Source of the DNA: Paraspadella gotoi
Lineage: Eukaryota; Animalia; Chaetognatha
NCBI GenBank assembly: GCA_051294375.1
Contig: CM119263.1
Location: 28,336,549 to 28,400,548 of the forward strand
Direction of reading: 5' to 3'
DNA length: 64,000 bases
The translations under genes and the position numbers were made by a program. Below, piece by piece: positions 1-15,100 of the stretch (the stretch's first letter is position 1; every line of letters starts with the position of its first letter). Below the pieces are notes generated by a model that was not told the origin of the DNA, ran no database searches, and was given only the letters and a program-made list of their open reading frames with translations.

Positions 1-420
1 AAGCCATGATGATAGTCATTCATTGATGCGATGATAGTCATTCATTCATTGTAAATAAAACAAACAAATGCGTGTATGAGTGAAGAGAGAGAGAGAGAGA
101 GACGAGAGAGAGAGAAGAGGCTGGACAGTTTTTCCCGCCAACGAAACGCAATCAGAATTTTTAGGGAAAATCTAAAAGCAATAGGGATCGAGCCAGCTTT
201 TCGATGGTAACCAATATTAATGCGATATAACTAAATATTGATGCATGTAACCAATAATTGATGCGATGATAATAAAATAACTGATGTGATGATAATCAAA
301 TGATTGATGCGATGAATAGTCATTCATTGATGTGATGATAATCATTCATTGATATGATGATAATCATTCATTGATGCGATGATAGTCATTCATTGACGCG
401 ATGAGTCATTCATCCGTAAA
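1..420 (+). repeat. ~21-bp repeat (GATGCGATGATAGTCATTCATT-like) interspersed with (GA)n
   Basis: Tandem units at 1-50 and ~240-415. Confidence 0.75.
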
Positions 421-445
421 TAAAACAAACAAATCGTGTATGAAT

Positions 446-486
<41 letters not shown>

Positions 487-539
487 TAGAGAGAGGCTGG
501 TCAGTTTTTTCACTCTCGTTTATATAAAGATAATCAAAA

Positions 540-896
540 TTTTTAGAAAAAATTCACGAAAAATCTCGGATGTAAATTTGGGATTTTGTATTGAGAAAAA
601 GGCGGGAATAAAATGGCGAACGAATCGTACATTGAGAGAAGACAGAGGAAGAGAGGAGAGAGAAGAGAGAGAGAGAGAGAGAAAAAGCTGAACAGAGCCG
701 GAACTCGTTTACTCGTCGCCTGGTGAAAAAAAAAGTGACTAAAAAATTTTTTTTTGTAAAAAAAAAAAAGAGGAGAGAGGAGATAGAGAGAGCCGGAACT
801 CGTTTAATGACGGAGGTGAAAAAAAGGTGACTAAAATTATTTTTGTACAACAAAATAGAGATAGAAGAGAGAAGAGAGAGAGAGACAGATAGAGAG

Positions 897-936
<40 letters not shown>

Positions 937-937
937 A

Positions 938-980
<43 letters not shown>

Positions 981-1391
981 AGAAGAGAGAGAAGAGAGAG
1001 AGAGAGAGAGAAAGTTTTCCCGCCAACGATACAGCCAATATTTAGGCGATCACGTCTTGTTTAATATTGTCAGCGTGATCTCGGCTCAAGTTGATTTTTT
1101 TATATCAGTAACGTTCAGACGTTGCCATCAAAACGCGTTTATTTAGGTCTATGCTTCCTCCGATCATTGTTTACTCGTTGCCCCGCAACGGCCACGAAAT
1201 CCAGGTCAAGTAAGTTATTGCTTCACATTTTCTCAAAAAAAATCCACGAAAATCTCAGATGTAAATTTGGGATTTTGTATGAGAAAGAAGCGCGGAATAA
1301 ATGGCGATAATAAAAGTTTTAGTAAGGAAAGAAATATAAGAATTTTCAAAAAACGGTGGTAAAAAAGTGAATAATTTTTTTTTTGTAAGAG

Positions 1392-1437
<46 letters not shown>

Positions 1438-1640
1438 GAGACGGAGGGAGACGGAGGGAGAGAGAGAGAGAGCCTGAACTCGTTTTTTTTAAACAATTCA
1501 GAAAAGGCCGCGCCTGATCAAATGATATATTTTTTTAGAAAGAAAAAAATAATCAGAATTTTTCAAAAAACGAAACATCACGCGAAGAGATCGCACACAA
1601 AGAGAGACAGAGAGAAACTGAACTCGTTTTTTAAACGATT
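540..1640 (+). repeat. (GA)n-rich interspersed repeat; garbled relatives at ~59760-59900 and ~61920-62900
   Basis: Shared ATTGTTTACTCGTTGCCC..GCAACG..CACGAAATCCAGG and GGAATAAATGGCGA..TAATAAAAGTTTT blocks. Confidence 0.6.
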
Positions 1641-2201
1641 CAGAAAAGGCAGCGCCTAAAAAAAATATAATATATATAAAAAAATAAATAAAAGAAAGGC
1701 AAAAAAAATGTTACAATGGTTTACAATTGGAAACTTTTCCAATTTTTTCCAATCGCAGCTTGTAAAAGATTTTATTTTTATTTGTATAAAATTAAGATAT
1801 AGCTTCTCATTAAAAAAATCCTTTGAGTTCCGCATTTTATAGAAATTTAAAAAATTTTTGAATTTCATCTTCAATATTATATACTGCAATATGTAAATTA
1901 GCTTAAAGCATTTCTATATACTAATTTGGATATTATAATCAGTACTATAATCTCATTTGCATATTGCAGTAAATCATAATGAAGTGGAAATTCAAACAAA
2001 AAATACTTAAATCCAAAAGTAATAAGAAAATATCAAAGCTATTTCAAGTTAGAAGCCATATCTATTTTTTAACTTACTATGATCGCACACTTTTGTAAAA
2101 TTTAGAATAATTCATAATAATTTTTATTTAAAAAAAAAACGGTAAGTGGCAGCCAAACCTATAAAAGCGTAGTAGTTTTTATTTAAAAACAGCGTGACGG
2201 C

Positions 2202-2235
<34 letters not shown>

Positions 2236-2304
2236 TACGTCACAAAGAAGCTCACCCGAATCAATATCAAGCCTGAACCGGCTTCGCCGGTCATGGCTTG
2301 ATAA

Positions 2305-2367
2305 TAAGCAGTCCTGAGCTTCGGATCAGGCTGTAACACCGTGTTACAGGCGGGTTAGTCCACCATA
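2305..2367 (-). mobile_element. Internally deleted family-1 fragment
   Basis: Minus strand TATGGTGGAC-TAA-CCCGCCTGTAACACGGTGTTACAGCCTGATCCGAAGCTCAGGACTGCTTA. Confidence 0.7.
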
Positions 2368-2710
2368 GTAATTCAAATATAATTTGAAGAAGAGTTGTTT
2401 CTTGAGTTTGGATGTTGAGGAGAGTGCCTGGAGATCCCTCGGCAATCTCGGCTGTCCACTCCTTAATCTCTCTGTCGGTTATTGGTCGGTCTTGGGTTGA
2501 AATAAGGTTTGTGATTTGTCGGCTTTCCTATGATTCGCGAAGACGATGACCAATCACATCACAAGGCGGACAAGGTCCCTCTTTTACGTTGATGCAACAA
2601 ACACGAATAAAAATTGATTCTACTTCAGAGCAATAATAATTTTTGTATAGTAAAGATTCTTTTTCCAAAAAAAATTCCTGCTAATTTTATTCGGCCCGTC
2701 TCCGTATGAA

Positions 2711-3110
2711 ATGTTTCGCGTAATAAAGAGAAACCGGGTGATCGTCTTCGTCCTTTTCCTCTGGTTCGCTTTCTTTTTCTTTCTTGGCAAGTTTCACTTC
2801 GAAAACGGGATAATCGGCGGCCGAAGCGGCGACGTCGGGGGCGGCGTCGGGGGCGGCGTCGGCGGCCTAAGCGGCGACGTCGGGGGCGGCGTCGGCGGCC
2901 TAAGCGGCGACGTCGGGGGCCTAAGCGGCGACGACAGGAGCCTAAGCGGCGACGTCGGGGGCGGCGTCGGCGGCTTAAGCAGCGACATCAGCGGCGACAT
3001 CAGCGGCCGAAAAGGCAACGACGTCAGCGGCCAAAATCGTCGCTTCTTTTTGGATTTAGGCGCCAACACAGCGACGAGCGTGGAACTCTTTCGTTCAACT
3101 TACCCAGAGG
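2711..3110 (+). CDS. Gene 1 exon 1: signal anchor, Gly-rich repeat stem, SAM motif I (FLDLGAN)
   Basis: ATG, basic N-terminus, hydrophobic VIVFVLFLWFAFFFFL, GC-rich coding sequence, donor G|GTAAGG at 3111. Confidence 0.85.
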
Positions 3111-6100
3111 GTAAGGAGCTGATGTTAGAGTCAATGGTCGACACCTAATGCTAATCTTTGGTTTCTCTCAGGCAATGAATATTTCATCTACTCTTTTGAG
3201 ATCGCCCCGCTATTATGTCATTATTTGGCCGGCTACCCTCGTCATAAGGTCTTCTGTCCACTCGCAGTAGGGACCAAGTCAATTCCCATCTTTGCGCAAG
3301 TCCAACTTATATTCTCTCCAAACGAAACGACAGAAGTTAGATGGGGTTAGTTAAATATCGATTAGATAGTCTAATTACTAGCAACGTGAACAATTGGAGT
3401 CATGAATATCTTCTAGATAGCAAATATAGTGCTTGAGGGGCCGCTTTTATACTAATTATTGAAGCTACTCCATACAGCAACCACGCGCGAACCACGCGGC
3501 TGCTGGAGCGTTGAAGCCTAAACTCTTATTACCATAATTAGCTATCTATCCATTAAATTATAGTAAAGAAACGAAGATAAAGGGTAGGGAGGCGTCGTGA
3601 TTTTTTTTTTCGATTTCCGTTCAAAAATGGTTCCATCAAAAATATATAGTAGGATGGACTGGGTGGAGTGATGAAAAGATTGAGCGATTGAAAAATGTTT
3701 TTTTGCTGTATTTGTATATGTAATGAAAAATTATTAAACCTTTTTTCAAAAAAATGTTGCATAACAGTATCATAGATTGAGTTTTTTTTATAGTAATATC
3801 CTTCCAGCAGATTCCGGCTCTATAATTCACTTTGTCGGTCCGTCACAAGGTTTACTGATTGCAGAGTTGCAGAAGGTTGACAGGATAACCAGGTGCCATA
3901 GGCAAATCAGGGGGCGGATTTAAGTTGTTCATGTCTTCATAATTACCATCTGTAAAATGATATTTTTTAAATTTATGTTTTGAATTAGGCGGGAATTTGC
4001 CTAGGTGACGTAACCTTCTAACTCACCTGTTATGGGCACTTTTTTCAAGGAAGCCCCTTGCGCGGCTCCTAAAGCAGCGGGCTCAAACACACGGACAAAA
4101 ATGTTATCTTTGCTACTTTCATCGTCGTTTATGCATCCTCCTTTTGTCGTCGCTCTCAGCCGTTCCCGCAAACTGCTTCGCTCCATCTTCAAATTATCGT
4201 TGTCGTTTCTGTCAATCCTGTCCTGGCGTGAGGCTTAATTCTTTCTCTCGCTAAGTTCACCAGCAAACCAGAATTTGTGTTGCAAAAGTAGCGTCGGGAA
4301 AAATCGGCCCTATTCCCTTACCCTAATCCTATCCCACCCTAATCCCTAATTCTACTTCTAAACTAACCTTATCCTAAACCAAAAAACCCTAAACAATTAA
4401 TCCATCGTTCAAATTAGTCGTTCAAATGTATTCTACGTCATCCAGCCAGAAAGAGCGAGAGAGATTCGTCTGCCGTCATACGGCAAGGGGCATCAATGTT
4501 TGGAAAAGGCCAATTTTGTCCTATTCTTGTGTCACTAAAGGCTCATGGAATTAAAGCTTTAGTTCATAAAAAAAAAAAAATAAAAAAAAAAAAAAAAAAA
4601 TAAAAAAAAAAAAAAAAAAAAAAAAAAAAGAAAAAGAAAAAAAATTATGGTTTAATCCCAACTTGGTACCTGCTCTACAGGAAAGTATAAAGATTACCCT
4701 ACGCTGACTAAAAGTAAAACCCTCCCATTCTTTTACGTTCTCACATTTCTCCAATCCATCCCACAACTCGGATTCCATTCTTGATCAGTTTATCATCCAG
4801 AGCTTTCCACTCTTTTGGCGTGGCAAGGCGTTGCACCATCTATGCAATTCTGCCTACCTAGAGATGACATATTGTTTACTGTTTAGTTTTTTTCTTTTTT
4901 AGGCCATGCAAATTGCGCGGCCCAAAAACACAGTAGATTAACATTGGATGCTCCATTGCATTAAATCAAATAAAATGTATTAATACTGTTACTGTTATTG
5001 CTGTTACTACTTTAGAACAAAGTTTGAAGAAGATTTAACAACGATTTTATATTTCATAGTGAAACGGACATGTTTCGACTCACATACGAGTCTTCTTCAG
5101 CGCCAATTCATTTGTGTTGAAATTGAATTGCGCTGAAGAACTGACTCGTATGTTGAGTCGAAACATGTCCGTTTCACTATGAAATAAAAATCGTTGTTAA
5201 ATCTCTCTTCAAACTTTGTTCTAAATCAAATTCACAACGAAACAGAAAGGAAAAAAACACCTGCTTACTACTGCTAAGATAAAGGAAAATTCAAAAAACT
5301 TTATTCTAAAACCCACTAGATCTTCACTTGCAATGTTTATTTTTAAATTTTTTTAACTTAAATATTTTGAACAAATAATTTTTTTGATATTTTTAAAATA
5401 TTTTTTTCCTATGCTTTGAAAATATGCAAAATTATCTGTTTACTATTTTATATTTTCATATATTTATTTTATTTATTTCTTATTTTATGTCTGATCAAAT
5501 CATTTTAATCATATATCATATATAGAAACAAAATAGTAAAAATTATTTTTTGAACACCAGTTATGATTTTGTAGAGTAATGAATAATGAGCCATCTTTCG
5601 TAATAGGCGACTTTTAATTTAAACATGTTCCAAAATAATAGTATGATAAAATTGTGCAACAGTTTGGATTTAAACCAATTATTAAATTTAGAACAACTAT
5701 TACAATCATTAATAGATCAAATTTAAAAATATACACATTTGAATTATAATTCCATTCAAGTACTTCCATTTTATTATTCAGATCATCATTCTTATTGTAT
5801 TATGTCTGCCAAAAAACAATTCCAAAGGGTAAATAAATCTATCATTTAATGTAAATTAGATTAAAGTAAATAACAATTACCTTATTACACAGACTTCTTG
5901 AACCTCCTTACATAAGACCTGGAATATACTTTCCTTTCAAAATTTGTAAGCCAGATAGATAATTGTCTCACTTTTCCAGGTAAATATAAAAAAGGTATTA
6001 GGATTTTAGCAGGGACAGGTATAGCCACATTATATATGCAGTAGAGCTCCAGAATACCATGCATTTTTGAAAGTTCCTGATACCTGCAAGGTTTCTTGTG

Positions 6101-9100
6101 CAAATTTTCGTAGAGAAAAAACGGAAAATATCAAACAATAAAAAAAATTTCCCTGAATGCCTCTTATGGATTTTCCACGCCAGTTTTTTGCGTCGGTTTA
6201 AAAAAATCATGATTTTGGGAAAAAAATGAGCTGTTATTCAGCTGGCATATTTTAATTCATCAAAATAAATTTACTACTAACCTTATTACTAAATTTTTTG
6301 TTGTAGTTTATAAATAAGGTTAAAAAATTATGATTACGAAAGACTTCAATTAAAAATTATTAAATTTTTTTAAGTCAAATCATCCCTGACCAAATTACTC
6401 TACAAATTCTAATAAGATTTTATAAGAAAGTAAGATTTGGTTATACAAATAGAACTCTCTAAGGATTTTAAATATTTTAATCCTTAAGCCAAGATATTGG
6501 CCTTAAAGGTTGCTAAAATGCCAAAAAAAAGTAGGCGAGAATAGATAGAGGCTCTTTGGCCTTTGTGGCTAGCAAGCCTCCCATCAACTTAACCCAAAAA
6601 CTAGGTCAAATAAGTCTTCTCAGCTCATGACTTCTCCAGCAAGCTACTTTGATAACCTTATCTTAACACGGGCTTTTATTCATTTGTGCAAGCCTCAACC
6701 CTAATCTTAATGTCTTCTAAGTACAAGCCTGATGCAAGTATTGCCGATTTTGCAATTGTGGAACAGGCTTTAGAAAAGGACAGTAAGCTTGGGTATTAGG
6801 GTTAGAGAAAGGTACTTGGAAGGAAATAAGGATTAAAACTAACCTCACAGGCCTTTGCCAATTCCTGTCCATCTTCCTCAACCTCAATACCTAACCCAGC
6901 CTCATAGCCATTGCCAAGGCTAAACCTTAATCCCTAACTCCCTGGCCACTACTTTTCACCTTATTCAGGCCTCATGTCTGTAGCAAGCCTTGCCCTACCC
7001 CTAATTAAAATGTTAACATTAAGGTACTCAACCTTGATGCACAAATATAGCTAACTGCAAAATTATCATTTGGCAGGTTTGCTGATGATATTAAGTAATT
7101 GCAATTATTGCAATTGGACAGGCTCAGAAAACGACAGGAAGCTTTGGTTAGGTTAGGAAGGTATCTGAGAAAGAAATTTGGATTATAAGTTTGGCCTTAA
7201 TTGATGGCGGAGCGTTTAGTGGTAAGGAGAGGCTTGCATGACAGATATTTAGGGTTAGAGTGAGCTCAGAGCTGTTAGCTAGGTTAGGTTAGATTTTATC
7301 CAGCGAGGGAAACGATAAGAATAAGTTTTGCTTAGGGCCGTTTATGAGGTTTTGGGTTGAGTGAGAGGCTTGCTAGCTGCAAAGCCAAATTCGTTCCACC
7401 TAATTTCGCTACTTTCTTTTGCATCACTCTGTAAAACTTTTAAAAAGTTCAATATCTCTTGTTTAAAGATTATAGATTTAAAATCCTTAGACAGTTCTAT
7501 TTGTTTAACCAGATGGTAAATTTATTAAAATTAGTGAAGTAGTCAGGGCCATATTAAGCTAAAAAAGTATGAATTTTTAACTTCAAGCCTTTGAATAATA
7601 TTTTATAACATTATTATTAACCAAAACAAAAAATGTAATATGAAGGTATTTTGGTAACTTTATTGATTAATTAAATGTATGCTGGCCTGACTATAACAGC
7701 TTATTTTCTTTTCTAAATCCTGAATTTTAAAACGAAGTGGTTGACCAAAACTGCATTGGAAAATCTCAATTGAGCATCCATAGAAATTTTTTATTGTGTA
7801 TATTCGTTTTTCCTTACTAAATTTGGTACAAAACTTTGCAGGTATCAGAACTTTCAAAATGTATGATATTTCTGGGACTCTAGTTTAAATGGAAAAAAGA
7901 TAAGTCACATTTACTTGAATCTTTTACTAATTTTAACAACATAATTATATAATGAATTAATAATTGGAGGGATAGATCTGAGATGAAATTGTTGTGTCGT
8001 GGAAAGAAGGAAAGTGTGGGGACTAAGCTAGATATTAAAGATTAGATGGAATCTGGAGTGGAAATTACTTTAATTATTCATAATTGGAGTAATTATGCCA
8101 AAATATTAGTGTCTATCGTCCGTGTCACTCCCCTACATATACTCCAATTAATTCGTGATTGGAGGCATGATTACAATGAATTTGTTTGTGGTAGGGAAGT
8201 CGGGGTTCTAGGCCGGTGGTCGCTAGCAGTTAAGAGGGACGGGGCGCTTAACCGCCTGTAACATGGTGTACAGCCTGATCGAGAGCCCTCAGGGACGCTT
8301 ATATTGAACGGTTCTAGTCACTAACACATTACAATAATTACTGTTCTCTTCAATGATATTTTATATTGCATCCAAGAAACTATTTTCATACGGCGACGTT
8401 TCAATGATTCGAATTGACATATCAACGTGAAACCGACTAAAATTAAAGGTCACCAGAAAAGAGAGACTCAGATAATGAGCCTAAGCGAGGTAAATTATTC
8501 TTCACTCCGCATCTCAATGATAAAATGTTACAAAAAAATAAAATATTTTAATATTGGCAATATATTAATATACCGAGAGTCAACAGTCCTCAAAATTTCA
8601 TTCCAATCCATCCATGCAATCCACGAATAATGTAGTTTTTTTGTTAAGGGTGGACGGGACGGACAGAGAAAGACGGACGAACGGTAATCCATTTTTGCAC
8701 TAATTTTATAATAATTAGAGGTTTCTATCGATTATTTAAGTGAATGCCCACAAATTGCTGATTAAGAGATCCGACTAAAACAGAAAAGAAGTTTTCAGGA
8801 TACCATTTGTCAACAAGGATAAGGATCAGTTTCGAGCGCGTGAGAACCGGATATTCGGAACTCTTCTATGTCTATCTTCATGGATAAGCTCCTCGGCTTG
8901 AGGTTTTGGAAAGAAAAGCAGAGTCAATCAGAAAACGAGTCATATGAACTATTAGGCAAAAGAGGCGTGTTGATCCTGGGGTGTGAGATAATCTTTAAAC
9001 TCAAATACTGAATAGATTCATTGAGTTGGAAACCCCTTCGTTTCAAAGAATTTGGTCATTGTTAATTTATTAATTTTATATTAACTACTCAGATTAATAA

Positions 9101-12100
9101 GTCTTAAAAAGCTTTGTTTAAAAAAATGAGATTACGTTAATCAAAGCGGTTCCAGCGAGATTCCTCCCACACGGTTCCTCGCCACAGGGATTCCTCTCAC
9201 ATCAGGATTCCTCCAAACGGGATTCCCTTCCTACGGATTCCTCCCACACGGGTCTCCCCCGCTCGGATTACACCTACGTGATTCCTCCCTTGATTTCTTC
9301 CTTCTTTTACTTCGGGAATCTTAATGACCAATGACCATATGAATTTCTTTTTACTACAAATACAGCATTTAGGTAGTAGACAGGATTCTAAGGGAAACCA
9401 AAGTGGATTTTATTTCTTCAAAAAACAAAATTACAAGACGGTGTCAATTCCAGGAAGATGTTCAATGCAAATTGTGACCATTATAATATTTATTGCTCCA
9501 TCGGAATCGGAGGTAAGGGTAGAATTAAAGGCGGAAGATTTGTCTCTTCACCAATGATTCGATTCCGGCGGATTTTACTCGAGTCGCTGATCGATTTCGT
9601 TTCGGCAGTCATTTTGATTCGAGGAATTCAGCAAAAAAAAAAAAACTTTGTGCAATATTGGTAGAATATTATCAACAAAATTGATTAAATTTGACCCTAA
9701 GAAGAAGTGGGTTCGATTACGGATTAATTTAAATCATCTGCTGGCATTTCCTAATCAAGAATCTTATATTTTTGCTACTTTTAATAAAATAAAATATGTC
9801 ATTTTTGTCCATTTTGACCTTTGTCTAGAGATTTGACGCCAAGATCGTTGGAGAAAAATTTTCCGCAAAAATTTGTTGATTTTAACGCTTATTATGGAGC
9901 GTGAAGAATCAAATACTTCACACAGAAAGAAAGAGAAAAAGAGAGAGTTAGAGAGAAAGTTCGAGAAAGAAAGAAAAAAGAAAAGTGGAAAACAAGAAAA
10001 AATGTTTCATAATATAGCATGGCCGAATTTTTGCCTAAGCAGTAGTATATCTAAAAACGCGACCGATTCTACGAACAATTTTATCTTTAAAAGTTGTTCT
10101 TACCATGAAAAATCGTTTTTAGTTTCTTCTTAATATAGTCTGATACCGTAATTGGAATGTTTAACGTGAAAGAAATCATGTCTACCGTGTTTTGAAACAT
10201 AGAAATCACCCAGTGAGTTCATGAAATTTGCAAATTACTTGTTTCACTTTTTCTATTTTTATATTTTTATGAAGATTTAGTTTTAATCTTATTATTTAAT
10301 CAAATATATATTGCTTCTCTTCTTAAAAATGTTTATTTATCTAATAATTCAATTTGGGAAGGGGAAGTCAGTGTTGTCTTCTGGACAATAGAGGAGCATC
10401 TATACAACACAAGGTTAGATTACTATCTGTCCTAGTTTCTAATAGATATCACACATCATTTCTGTTAGAAAGTCATTAATGAAAATCATAATATCAAAGA
10501 GGCTGAACAGAAAGGGGTGGAATGGATAATTTTTTGAGGGGTGACCAAGTTATATTATTGATTTTACCAATAGGGATAAGACTACCATGTAGAATTGTAT
10601 GTTCTGATAGGGATACATACCGGGGAAAGGTCTATAGGGGCACCTTTATGTCATGAATACAATTTTAAAAACATATTTTTTCTTTATTCTACCTTTTAAT
10701 TATTTCTTTTTTGAATATTTTTTATCTTTTATTTTTATACAATGGGAAGGTCATCAGTTGGGAACCTATACCCTTCATGGATTTCGGCTCTTTAATCCCA
10801 ATATCCAGGTATAGGCGAGCCCATCACCAAATGGTGAATCCTTCATTGTTGCCTATCTTATATTTTAAATGTATATCTTGAATGTTTATCTGAACAGACC
10901 AAAGCTCTAGCATCACAGCATTATTAATTTAGAGAAATTTTATTCAGGTTTTGTAATAATTTGTAATTTGTAAATAAATAAATAAGTTAAATAATTAGTT
11001 TAATAATAAGTTAATAATTAAGGGTATATTAATGTAAAGTTAACATTAAGTTAATTGGTAAAAGTTAAAAAATAAATTAAATCAGAGAGTTAAATAAGTT
11101 AAATAAGTTAAATAAGTTATTTAAATAATATTGATGTTATTATTATAATTATTATTTAGTGGTTTATTTTTGTTATTTTTTCCTTATCATTTTATTAGGA
11201 ACTGGCATGTATAATCTTTTTTGAAAATAGATTAACATCAGTAACATTATATTTTTTTATTAGCTCCTTATAATTATTAAAAAATTTAATTCCCATTTCC
11301 CAAGTCCTTAAATATATAACCCTGACTTTGTAGTTTTTGCTTAAATTTATAGCTCTATGTTATAAGGGGAAGATAACTAATGCTAACCATTTTTTAAATA
11401 AAGAGTGTTTCATATTTATCAGTGGGAAAAAAGAATTAATAGTTATTTAAGTTTCAATTTCATTGTTAAAACTACCCGAATCAAAATCACTGCCTTTCTT
11501 GAGATTGATTCCTCTGCGATGACAGGAGGTCCAGCTCTTTTGGGACTAACTTAAAAAAAATTGTTTTGGATTGGGTAAATTAAAAAATTTTAAAAAGTGT
11601 TTTCATGTGTAGGAACTTTATGTAGAGGAATCCCCGTGGGAGAAAACAATAAATCTTGAAAATATCTACTATACAGATTGTAGTAAAATGTTCAACAAAG
11701 ATGGCTTTTAAAGCTAATGCAAAGAAATGTTCCTCTCTGATTTTTGCGTATTATGGTTTACTGGTACTCAAATAAAGGAGGTCTATGGTGGATTAAAATC
11801 CACCAACCGTTCATCAGTGGCCATTGGTGCCGGAGGCAAGTCATTTGCCTCCCAAAAGTCCGGTTTCTAGCCCGCTGGTCGCCTTGCTATTAAGAGGGAC
11901 GGGGCGCTTAACCTGCCTGTAACACACGGTGTTCCAGGCTGATCCGAAGCTCAGGGACTGCTACATTGAACGTTCTGTCACTAACACAACAATAAATTAC
12001 TGTCTCTTCAGTTTCCACTTTGCCTATTTATAAACGCAACTGATATTGAACCAATGAGTTTCAGAGAGAAGTCAAAGTAACAAAGATACTGGTCGGAAAA

Positions 12101-15100
12101 ATAACCAAATGAAGGAAAGGGCGAGGCAAATCTTTGTACAACGCATTTTTAAGAGCAACTTTTTCTCCGGTTTTACTATAGATAAAATCTTTCAGATTAA
12201 AACAAATGTTCACAAGTTTGCAAATGACGATTTTTTTTTTAGCAGCGGGCTGTCGTGTGTCACCTTGTAACTATCTCTCTCCCCTACTTCGAATTGAGAA
12301 TTATTACTTTTTTATCCAAGCGGATATAGTCTATTGAAGGAATCTTGATTTTTCGCAATTGCCACGGTAAACTGATATTGTTCTCAACCGTCCCGCCACC
12401 TGTTCGAGGGATAAGTTTGAGCAAACAATGCCGGATCTGCCCACGATCATAAGCGGTGATCAGCTGATAAGCTAATTAATTAATAATGACAAAAAAATTA
12501 TTTAATTAATTAATTTTTATTCGTTCAAAATCGATGATTCCATCAAAACTTTATTTCTGCTCAATCACACACTTTCCTACCCCACTCAAAATTTTTCATT
12601 CAAATCCATCCATCAAATCACAAGTAATTGGTGTTTTTGCTAAGGTGGGAAGGACAGATAGACAACAGAAGGACGGAAGACGCGGACCCAATTAAAATTT
12701 TTTTTACGTAATTATCATAATTCGAAGTCTGACATCATATAAAGTGAATGCCCGACAAGATTGGGGGGTGAGACCGACGANNNNNNNNNNNNNNNNNNNN
12801 NNNNNCCATTCGCGTGCCGGAGGCAAGTCCAGTTTTGCCCTCCCAAAGCTCCCGCGGCTCTTCTGAGCCCGGTCCCGGTCGCCCTTCCGCCCTACTTAGA
12901 CGGACGGGGCGCTTACACCTGGGCCTGCTAACACGATCCACCACCCGACCACAGACATGTTACACAGGCCTGACCCCAGGAAAGACTCAGGCGCGCCACC
13001 GCGCTGTACACCATCCTGACAACAACGGCTTCCTCTCAACCTAAACCACCACACCAACTAAATTACCTGTCTCTCATTCAGCTTTACCACTCTCTGCCTA
13101 TTATAACACGCACACTTAGATATTAAGAACCACACCCACCCTCCATTGAGTTTCAGAGAGAAGTCAAAGTAACAAAGATACTGGTCGGAAAAATAACCAA
13201 ATGAAGGAAAGGGCGAGCAAATCTTTGTACAACGATTTTTAAAGCAACTTTTTCCCGGTTTTACTATAGATAAAATCTTTCAGATTAAAACAAATGTTCA
13301 CAAGTTTGCAAATGACGATTTTTTTTAGCAGCGGCTGTCGTGTGTCACCTTGTAACTACTCTCTCCCCTACTTCGAATTTGAGAATTATTACTTTTTTAT
13401 CCAAGCGGATATATCTATTGAAGGAATCTTGATTTTTCGCAATTGCCACGCGTAAACTGATATTGTTCTCAACCGTCCCGCCACCTGTTCGAGGGATAAG
13501 TTTGAGCAAACAATGCCGGATCTGCCCACGATCATAAGCGGTGATCAGCTGATAAGCTAATTAATATAATAATGACAAAAAAATTATTTAATTAATTAAT
13601 TTTTATTCGTGTCAAAATCGATGATTCCATCAAAACTTTATTTTCTGCTCAATCACACACTTTCCTACCCACACTCAAAATTTTTCATTCAAATCCATCC
13701 ATCAAATCACAAGTAATTGGTGTTTTTCTTAAGGTGGGAAGGACAGATAGACAGACAGAAGGACGGAACGGACGCGGACCTACCTAATTTTTTCTTACGT
13801 AATTATCATAATTCGAAGTTCTGACATCATATAAATGAATGCCCGACAAGATTGGGGGTGGACCGACGGACCGACAAAGTGAATTATAGAGCCGGAATCT
13901 GCTGGAAGGAATATTACCTAAAAAAAACTCAATCTATGATACTGTTATGCAACATTTTTTTAAAAAAGGTTTAATAATTTTTCATTACACTATACAAATA
14001 CAGCAAAAAAACATTTTTCAATCGCTCAATCTTTCATCACTCCACCAGTCCCATCCCCTACTTATATTTTTGATGGACACCATTTTTGACGGAAATCGAA
14101 AAAAAAAATCACGACGCCTCCCTACCCCTTTATCTTCGTTTCTTTACTATAATTTAATGGATAGATAGCTAATTATGGTAATAAGAGTTTAGGCTTCAAC
14201 GCTCCAGCAGCCCGGCGTGGTTCGCGCGTGGTTGCTGTAAGTAGCTTCAATAATTAGTATAAAGCGGCCCTCAAGCACTACTCATGCTTGTCACTCTCAG
14301 AAGTAGGGCCTGGCGCATCGTTCGACGAAGCCTTCCGATCAAGCACTATCTTTACTATTCTCATCTTATTCCAAAACTGCATACGTCAGCCCATAAATCA
14401 TATCAATATGAGGTACGACCTTCTCACGACACAGCCATTGGCGTCTTGCGGAAGCACACGAGATGTGACTGACGAGCCGCCGATTCCGAAACATCCTCAC
14501 ACCGTCTCTTACATCATGCCTCCAAAAAATGGTATTTAACATGAACTGCGCTCAGCGACCGTTTCTTCCCTCTTCCTCCTCAAACAAACCCTCGCCTCGA
14601 CTCTCCTTCTGTAAAACTAGACAAACACATCATAACACTATCAGTACGGCACTCTCTGGACTCAGCTCTATCTGCGGCCTCTACTACTACTGATAACAAC
14701 AACACAGAAAAGATCTTAAATGCTTCCCGCCAATCTTCGACATTGGCCCTCTGCACTTAACAGCCCACCATCAACATGCAACCTTGGTTCTCTCCTTCAT
14801 TAAACACTGCGACCATAGCTCCAAGCTCTCACATTTTTTTCTTGTCTCTCATCAAAGACACTCGCAACAGAACATGTACTTGTTCTTCACATATGCCTTA
14901 CCGTACCCTGAGCGCCATATAAGTCCAGAAGGCGGGCAACCGCGTAAATTTCTAGAGAATATTTATATTAAACTTTAGAGACATATAGAAAGAGATATCA
15001 AGTTTTTGCCCATCCGGCCTTAAAAGCTTTGTCTAAGGGCCGTTCCCGTCCTGTATTGAAAACTGCGCTTAAGACGATCACTAGCATACTACCCAACTCA

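Noticed and set aside
401-1496. ER/SL-rich ORFs here and at 41142-44734, 49590-52494
   Set aside because: Translations of (GA)n, (CT)n, (AAAG)n and T-rich tracts.
3845-8950. Second, minus-strand paralogue of gene 1
   Set aside because: These are indel-damaged mirror copies within the probable artefactual duplication.
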